Virus record (IMG/VR): IMGVR_UViG_3300031555_003590
Span: 160,001 to 224,000 of that record
Length of the DNA stretch: 64,000 nt
Strand: one strand, 5' to 3'
DNA from: a virus
Lineage: Duplodnaviria > Caudoviricetes
In this document: positions 57,804 to 64,000 of the stretch, in pieces
How positions within the stretch are numbered: the first letter of the stretch is position 1
How the letters are laid out: every line of letters begins with the position of its first letter
Notes under the pieces: model-generated
Told to the model about the DNA's origin: nothing
What the model saw: the letters and a program-made list of their open reading frames with translations, nothing else
Database searches by the model: none
Made by a program: the position numbers and the translations under genes

Positions 57804-60566
57804 TTGATGATTGAAAAGGTTGGCAATAAAGATGTAGTAGTAAGAAATTATACCAGTAATTTTGATATTAAAGAATTCATACAAGAAGTGCTTATTCCAA
57901 AAGCATTTCCTAATATTCCAATGAATAAATTAAATCTTGGATTTACTGGTATTACATCTGAAATGATTTCTCAAGCAATTGAAGATGCTCATGGTACTGC
58001 GTCATTAATGATGAATGAATCATTTATTACTAGAGCTATACTTCCAAATTCTATTTATTCTGAAGCATCTTTATTTGATCTTGGATATACATTTGCAACC
58101 CCATCTAGGTGCAATTTTGCATTACAATTATGGCTTCCTGATATAATCAAATATTCAACTGCAGTAAAAAATAGTAATACATTACGATATATTCTTGATA
58201 AAGATACTAAACTAATTCTAGGTGATAATACATATCGTTTAGATTATGATATCATTATCGATCATCAATTTATTGATGGTAAAAGAGTATTTAATATTTA
58301 TTATGATATGGAAGAAACTAATTCAATTTCCATTGTTAATAATAAATATGTAAAACATCAAGTTACATCAATCGATTGGTTAGTATTATTTGTTGAATTA
58401 CAAGAGTTTGAACGAAAAGTAGAAACTAATTCTATTACTGATAATTTAGTAACTACAAATAGTGATATTGAATTAAAATGGAATCGTCAAATAGCTGGAT
58501 TGGATTTGATTTATATTACTCCATATGGAGAACGTCGTTCCATGAAATTAAAAACCCAATACACTAAAGAAGATATTGATCCTTTTGTATGGTATTCTTT
58601 TTATAATGATAATAAAATTTTATTATCATTTTCTAATAATAAAGGTTATTTTACACCTGATTTCAATAGTAAAATTGAATCTACTATTTATACTTGTAGA
58701 GGTAAATCAGCTAATTTTGACTCATATGATCGTCAAACTGGTATACCTGTTCAAAAGACTGGAGAACGATTCTCATATAATGCAAATACTAAAATGGTAG
58801 CTTTGTGTTATAGTGGATCAGTTGGAGGTCTAGATAAAGGTGATATTGAATTATTACGTGATGATGTAATTATGGCATATAATACTGCAAATGTATTAAC
58901 TACTGATTATGATCTACAATTATGGTTTAATAATTATGCAAAACGATATGATACTCGTGCAGAATTTTTTAAACGTAGAGATGATCCATCTGGTAGATTA
59001 TTTTCTCAATTCATTGCAATAAATGATAATACATATACTTATCCAACTAATACATTGACTATTGATGTTAAACAAGATCAATTTGATTTTATCAATAGTG
59101 ATGCAGATGGTATAAATCAAGAATTTATTATTAAACCTGGTCATCTATGGGAGTATGCTGATTCAGATAACGAAATAGTTAGAGATAGAGTAAGAATGAT
59201 TACTGGTACAAATGGAATGGCAATGATTACAGATGAAGCAATTCCTAGTATAAATGAAAATCGTCCATTTATGTTTGTAAATCCATTCTACATTAAAATT
59301 TATAGAGATCCAACTATTTCTGCTAATTATAATTATTTAATCAATGATACTAGTTGGCCTGAAGATGTTCATGTGAATACTGAATGTTTTTATCAATTTC
59401 AACTTGCTACATTCTCAATTGAACGTTCTATTTCTAAAAAGAATAATAATACATATAAATTGAATGTTATATGTGTTCCAGTTGTAACTACTGATACTAA
59501 TATAAAATACATTGAGGGAATTGGAGATCAGTATCCAGTAGAAAATAATAATTTAAGATTAGTATTAATTACTAGATCATCTATAGATGGTGAAACAGGT
59601 TATATTGAAATGACACCTGTTGAAAAACGTTCTGCTGGATCATATGTATTTGAAACTGAAATTGCTGTATATGATAATATTAGTTCTGATATGATGTTAG
59701 AAATTGATCTAGAAAAAACTCCTGGAATGATTTCATTAATTTCAACTGGTCCTCGTAAAGGTAAAGTATTTATTGATGCTCAAGAAACTAGTTTTCATTT
59801 TGCTTGTATGATGAAAGACTTTGCTGGAACATTAACTACTAATTTATTTGGAAATAATTCTTTCAATGGTTATGTAATGGCAAATAGATTTGCTAATAGT
59901 CATAGAGATTTATCTTTATATAAACCTATGAATATGATGAAATCTGTTATAATTTTTAATGGAGAAAATAATAATTATAACATACAAGCATCTATGATTC
60001 CATTTTTAAAATATGATATTCCATTAGATGAAGAAAAAATGAATTATTTTATTAGAGCTTTTGATGAGCAATATAATGCAATGGAACCAGTTCTTGATAA
60101 ATTAGATGGAAATTCAAGTATTGATTTTAAATTATTCAATACATATGGCAGATCTAGTAACTATTATATTGGTCCTGAAGATGGAGTAGAAAACTTATGG
60201 GATTCTAATATTCTGCTTGATAATATATATGTTAAAATTAAATTCCGTATGTCTGTATATGATAGATCCATTTATACACAAACAGTTGAATCTGTAATTA
60301 ATGAAATTAAAGTTTTCTTTGATTCATTAAATAGTGGAACAAAAGTTGATATACATGTATCTGATCTAATTCATTTAATTATTAATAATCATCCTAATGT
60401 TCGTTATATTCGATTTATAGGATTTAATAATTATGATGCTAATAAACAATCTATTTTTGTAAAATATTCTGATATTAGTGAATTGAAAAAAGATCAGTTA
60501 CAACCTCATGTACCTGAAATGATTAGAGTAGATGCTAATAGTATCGAAATAATTGAAGAAGTATAA
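57804..60566 (+). CDS. baseplate wedge protein (T4 gp6-like)
   Basis: NESFITRA..PNSIYSEA...YTFATPS, GG.D...IELLRD, VLTTDYDL pattern. Confidence 0.6.
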   Translation: MMIEKVGNKDVVVRNYTSNFDIKEFIQEVLIPKAFPNIPMNKLNLGFTGITSEMISQAIEDAHGTASLMMNESFITRAILPNSIYSEASLFDLGYTFATPSRCNFALQLWLPDIIKYSTAVKNSNTLRYILDKDTKLILGDNTYRLDYDIIIDHQFIDGKRVFNIYYDMEETNSISIVNNKYVKHQVTSIDWLVLFVELQEFERKVETNSITDNLVTTNSDIELKWNRQIAGLDLIYITPYGERRSMKLKTQYTKEDIDPFVWYSFYNDNKILLSFSNNKGYFTPDFNSKIESTIYTCRGKSANFDSYDRQTGIPVQKTGERFSYNANTKMVALCYSGSVGGLDKGDIELLRDDVIMAYNTANVLTTDYDLQLWFNNYAKRYDTRAEFFKRRDDPSGRLFSQFIAINDNTYTYPTNTLTIDVKQDQFDFINSDADGINQEFIIKPGHLWEYADSDNEIVRDRVRMITGTNGMAMITDEAIPSINENRPFMFVNPFYIKIYRDPTISANYNYLINDTSWPEDVHVNTECFYQFQLATFSIERSISKKNNNTYKLNVICVPVVTTDTNIKYIEGIGDQYPVENNNLRLVLITRSSIDGETGYIEMTPVEKRSAGSYVFETEIAVYDNISSDMMLEIDLEKTPGMISLISTGPRKGKVFIDAQETSFHFACMMKDFAGTLTTNLFGNNSFNGYVMANRFANSHRDLSLYKPMNMMKSVIIFNGENNNYNIQASMIPFLKYDIPLDEEKMNYFIRAFDEQYNAMEPVLDKLDGNSSIDFKLFNTYGRSSNYYIGPEDGVENLWDSNILLDNIYVKIKFRMSVYDRSIYTQTVESVINEIKVFFDSLNSGTKVDIHVSDLIHLIINNHPNVRYIRFIGFNNYDANKQSIFVKYSDISELKKDQLQPHVPEMIRVDANSIEIIEEV

Positions 60567-60627
60567 AGATAAATATTATATCACCAAAATATTAAAGAAT
60601 AATCATAAAATATAATATAAAGATGAG

Positions 60628-61548
60628 GTGGTTAATTTGAGTACTAATCTTACACAATTTTATGACGATTTGAAACAAAAATTAAATAATGATAATATGC
60701 CTACTACTCCTGTTATGAAAGTAGGCATGCAACCAGGTGGTTTTAATGCATCTCCTAATGCACTAGCTTGGCGCAATAAAGCTGCTCATCATGCACATCA
60801 TCTAAAAGATGATTGTTGTAAACAGTTGTTAGTTAATCTTTATTGCAAAATTCTTCCTCTTGATAAAGAATTTATTGATGGTCATCAAGGTATGATGAAG
60901 AATGATATTGATTGTATGTTGGCTAATAAAGGTATGACTGCAACTCAATATCTAACTTCTTGTTATGAATCTACTAAAGCTCCTTTATTAGAATATATTC
61001 TAAGATCAGTAAATAATATTGGCAAACTTTATATGGAAGAAGCTGAAGAAGTTTTAAAAGATGCTCAAGCTAATGATGAAGCAATTCCTGAACCAGAAGT
61101 TCCTTCTACTGAGGATGAACCTATAAAGAGTCAACTAGTTGAAGTTGAAAGTGATACTGAATATGATAATTTTGTTGAAGAATTAAAGAAAAGAACTATC
61201 GATAAAATAGTTGATGATGTAACTAAAATTATTAATGATAAAAAAGAAGAAAGTGATATGACCTTTGATACCACTCCAATTGCTGATGTAGAAGAAAAGA
61301 TGGAATCTACTACTTCTATTGCATTGAATTATATTCAGAAGAAATTAATGAAAGAAAATACCGAAATTACTTCTGATACGTATAATGAATTAATTGCAAT
61401 GGCTATTAGAGAATCTACTCTTAATCAGTTTGATATTGTATTTAGGCAACCAGATGGTCAATTTAGAGAATTTGCCAGTAGAATTCGTTTTGGTAAAGGT
61501 AATATAATTAATGAATCTGCTGTAAATTATTTTAAAGAATCTAAATAA
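60628..61548 (+). CDS. probable virion protein
   Basis: 306 aa (start may be TTG 60637); structural operon; xE[S/A] motifs. Confidence 0.55.
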   Translation: MVNLSTNLTQFYDDLKQKLNNDNMPTTPVMKVGMQPGGFNASPNALAWRNKAAHHAHHLKDDCCKQLLVNLYCKILPLDKEFIDGHQGMMKNDIDCMLANKGMTATQYLTSCYESTKAPLLEYILRSVNNIGKLYMEEAEEVLKDAQANDEAIPEPEVPSTEDEPIKSQLVEVESDTEYDNFVEELKKRTIDKIVDDVTKIINDKKEESDMTFDTTPIADVEEKMESTTSIALNYIQKKLMKENTEITSDTYNELIAMAIRESTLNQFDIVFRQPDGQFREFASRIRFGKGNIINESAVNYFKESK

Positions 61549-61554
61549 TTAAAA

Positions 61555-61588
61555 ATAAATGGAGGGGAATTAATTCCCCTCCATTTAT
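61555..61588. terminator. perfect 34-nt palindrome / terminator
   Basis: ataaatggaggggaattaattcccctccatttat. Confidence 0.7.
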
Positions 61589-61661
61589 GTATTATAATTA
61601 TCTAATAACTATTTAGTTAATTTACATAAATTTGTAATATCTCAACTAGGAGGTGAAATAT

Positions 61662-63413
61662 ATGGCAGAAGAAAATGTATTTACTAATTTTTTACAAAGT
61701 GAACTTGAATCATATGAAGGTAATAATACAAGTCAAAGTAAAGGAACTGGTTTGGTATCAGGCAAATCATTTTTAGGTGAATATAGTAATAGATTATTTG
61801 GAGCTCCATTTCAATTATTAGATTCAGTAGATATGAGATTTGATGAAATAAATCCATATTTAGGAAATGAATATTTACGTAATTTTATTCTTAATAGTCC
61901 AATTTTATATATTCGACCAGGAATGCCACAATATACTGGTGATATTAAAGGTAATAGCTTTTTTCAATTATTTAAAAATATTTATAAAGATTCAAATTCA
62001 GCAGTAATGGATGATATATCAACATGGGATTCAATTATTAACGGAATATCAGCAGCAACAATGTTTGGTGCTGGTGCTAAATTACAAAATAGAATGTTTG
62101 GATTTAGAGAAACTTATTATGAATATATTCAACATGTAAATTATATGTGTAGAAGTATGGCTATATATATGAGTTTAGTTGGCGATTTAGATGCTGATAC
62201 TGGTGAAATATATTCACAATATCCAAATGGATGTTTTGTTGCTGGAGGAAAAGATGATAATGGAAAATCTCTTGGCACTGAATGGGTTACTTTTGATAAT
62301 ATAGACTGGCAAGATTATCGAATGTTGGCTGAAACAAATGTAACAAACCCAAGTGAACAAATAGCAGAATACGGTGGTGTTATAATAGATAATCTTAAAA
62401 GTTTAGGTACAGGAATATTATCAATTCCTGATGCAATATCAGGAGCTGTAGAAGGAGTAACAACTGATGCTACAGTATCTGAAAAAGTAGGTGAAGCATT
62501 TAATGAATCAATTACATTAGGTTCTTCATCTTTATTAGGTGTAATAAAAAGTAAAATTTCTACAGTAGAATTTATGGTAGATCCAATACAATTTACTGAA
62601 ACATTAAGCAATACCACTCAACCTTCTTTTATTGAATCTGCTATTGAAGGAATTCAACAAGGTGTTGGTACTGAAATTGCATGGATTACTAATTCTAATG
62701 CCGATGTTGGAATAATTGATAATTTAACAAGTTTTTTAGGAGATGGCATGGCATCAGTTAGTGAATCAATATCTAAATTAGTATCTCCTGTAACTGGTGG
62801 ATGGACACACAATCTTTTTAGTGGAGCAATTGCATCATTAAAAGGACAAAAAATGATTTATCCAAAAATATATCAAAAATCAGATAGTGCAATGAATTAT
62901 CATTTTTCTGTTACATTAACTACTCCATATGGAGATCCGTATAATTATTATATGAATATCATAGTTCCATTAATGCATTTAATTGCATTAGCAGCACCTA
63001 GAATGGTATCTGCAAATACTATGAGTTCTCCATTCTTAGTTCAAGCATATATTCCAGGTATGTGTACTTGTCAATTGGGTATTATTCAAAATATGACAAT
63101 TACCAAAAATCCATCTACTAAACATGTATCTGTTAATGGATATCCATTAACAGTAAAAGTAGAATTTGATATTGAAGAATTATATAATGCAATGAGTATA
63201 TCTCCTGCTAATGATCCTGTATCATTTTTATATAATGAAACATTAAATGATTATCTGTGTAATTTAGCAGGATTAGTTCCTTCTCAAGATACATATGCAA
63301 TGCAACGCAAATCTAAGTATCAAGCATTAGGAGCATATTTTGATAAAGCTCAATATGCTCAAGATTTTCTTAATGTTGGTGTAGAACGAGTTGAAAATGC
63401 ATTCATAAGATAA
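61662..63413 (+). CDS. baseplate hub / tail-tube initiator-like structural protein
   Basis: ATG 61662 after AGGAGGTGA; YPKIYQKSD...FSVTLTTPYG, SPFLVQAYIPG, GIIQNMTITK, PLTVKVEFDIEEL. Confidence 0.5.
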   Translation: MAEENVFTNFLQSELESYEGNNTSQSKGTGLVSGKSFLGEYSNRLFGAPFQLLDSVDMRFDEINPYLGNEYLRNFILNSPILYIRPGMPQYTGDIKGNSFFQLFKNIYKDSNSAVMDDISTWDSIINGISAATMFGAGAKLQNRMFGFRETYYEYIQHVNYMCRSMAIYMSLVGDLDADTGEIYSQYPNGCFVAGGKDDNGKSLGTEWVTFDNIDWQDYRMLAETNVTNPSEQIAEYGGVIIDNLKSLGTGILSIPDAISGAVEGVTTDATVSEKVGEAFNESITLGSSSLLGVIKSKISTVEFMVDPIQFTETLSNTTQPSFIESAIEGIQQGVGTEIAWITNSNADVGIIDNLTSFLGDGMASVSESISKLVSPVTGGWTHNLFSGAIASLKGQKMIYPKIYQKSDSAMNYHFSVTLTTPYGDPYNYYMNIIVPLMHLIALAAPRMVSANTMSSPFLVQAYIPGMCTCQLGIIQNMTITKNPSTKHVSVNGYPLTVKVEFDIEELYNAMSISPANDPVSFLYNETLNDYLCNLAGLVPSQDTYAMQRKSKYQALGAYFDKAQYAQDFLNVGVERVENAFIR

Positions 63414-63418
63414 AAATA

Positions 63419-63442
63419 AGAGGGAGCATTATAGCTCCCTCT
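63419..63442. terminator. bidirectional terminator between convergent genes
   Basis: agagggagc-attata-gctccctct. Confidence 0.7.
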
Positions 63443-63453
63443 ATTTATTTTAC

Positions 63454-63738
63454 TTAACATCTAGAAAGATTCTTATCACAATATTGATGTAATAGTAACA
63501 TTACTTCATCATTCTGCATATGCATTCTATAAATTTCTTCAAGTATTTTCTGATCAGGAATTATAAATTTAGAATCATCATCCTTAAATATAATTTCCAT
63601 CTTATTTCGTTTATTAGAATTATGAGTAATATCAATTTTAGGACGAAGAGCTACAGTTGTAATTCCATCAGGATCCATCATAACTCCTAAAGTTCCAGGA
63701 ATATTATTTGATATCCAAACAAATTTCATTTGATCCAT
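63454..63738 (-). CDS. hypothetical protein
   Basis: 94 aa, AAGGAGGG RBS. Confidence 0.7.
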   Translation of the reverse strand: MDQMKFVWISNNIPGTLGVMMDPDGITTVALRPKIDITHNSNKRNKMEIIFKDDDSKFIIPDQKILEEIYRMHMQNDEVMLLLHQYCDKNLSRC

Positions 63739-63764
63739 TTAGATCCCTCCTTATAATTAATATA

Positions 63765-63998
63765 TTAATTATTTTGTGATTCAGGGATCCATTCAATATA
63801 TGGATATACTTTAGGAAGATGCATTACTTTACCACATTTAGTACAATGATGTTTAAATAATTTAGGACCTTCAATTGCTAGTTCTACCATTAATGGTTCA
63901 TTAGCATCATGAATCATTTCACCTTCATTACAAAATTCGCATATATATTTGATACCAATTGGTTTTAAGTTAAATATTTCTTCATGAGGTTTTAATTC
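63765..63998 (-). CDS. small zinc-ribbon protein, 3' part (start beyond window)
   Basis: Read by hand: ...YICEFCNEGEM...HHCTKCGKVMHLPKVYP... Confidence 0.65.
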   Translation of the reverse strand, partial: ELKPHEEIFNLKPIGIKYICEFCNEGEMIHDANEPLMVELAIEGPKLFKHHCTKCGKVMHLPKVYPYIEWIPESQNN

Positions 63999-64000
63999 TA

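Noticed and set aside
1-64000. Alternative genetic code (stop recoding)
   Set aside because: Standard-code ORFs are long, tile the window and keep conserved genes intact; the gaps are explained by introns.
1-64000. CRISPR array, tRNA, rRNA or diversity-generating retroelement
   Set aside because: No regularly spaced repeats, cloverleafs, reverse transcriptase or TR/VR pair seen by eye; the hairpins are dispersed and intergenic.

Overview
Very AT-rich, densely coding segment (standard genetic code, strong AGGAGG-type RBS) of a jumbo phage of the phiKZ/AR9(PBS1)-like type. The host is probably an anaerobic Firmicute (nrdD/nrdG, Firmicute-type endolysin). The window holds: (i) head genes (portal-like protein, acidic scaffold-like protein, and a paralogous family of propeptide-bearing internal head proteins, two with a C-terminal protein-kinase-like domain); (ii) nucleotide and DNA metabolism genes (RNase HI, MazG-like, NrdD/NrdG, dCTP deaminase, Mre11/SbcD-like, RusA-like); (iii) the N-terminal half of a multisubunit RNA polymerase beta subunit split by two group I introns, one carrying a Vsr-like homing endonuclease; (iv) a GroEL-like chaperonin; (v) baseplate/tail genes and a tail-fibre locus. 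The best candidate for an undescribed system lies directly downstream of the fibre genes. A probable virion protein there ends in six perfect C-[H/Y]-x-x repeats (CHTV CHNN CYRD CHDD CHDD CYSD) and is followed by two unknown genes and three radical SAM enzymes (two SPASM-type, one HemN-like). This looks like a RiPP-style post-translational modification system acting on a phage structural protein. About 19 near-perfect intergenic palindromes and candidate early and late promoter motifs organise the region. No tRNA, rRNA or CRISPR array was seen. All family calls are by motif recognition, without database searches.
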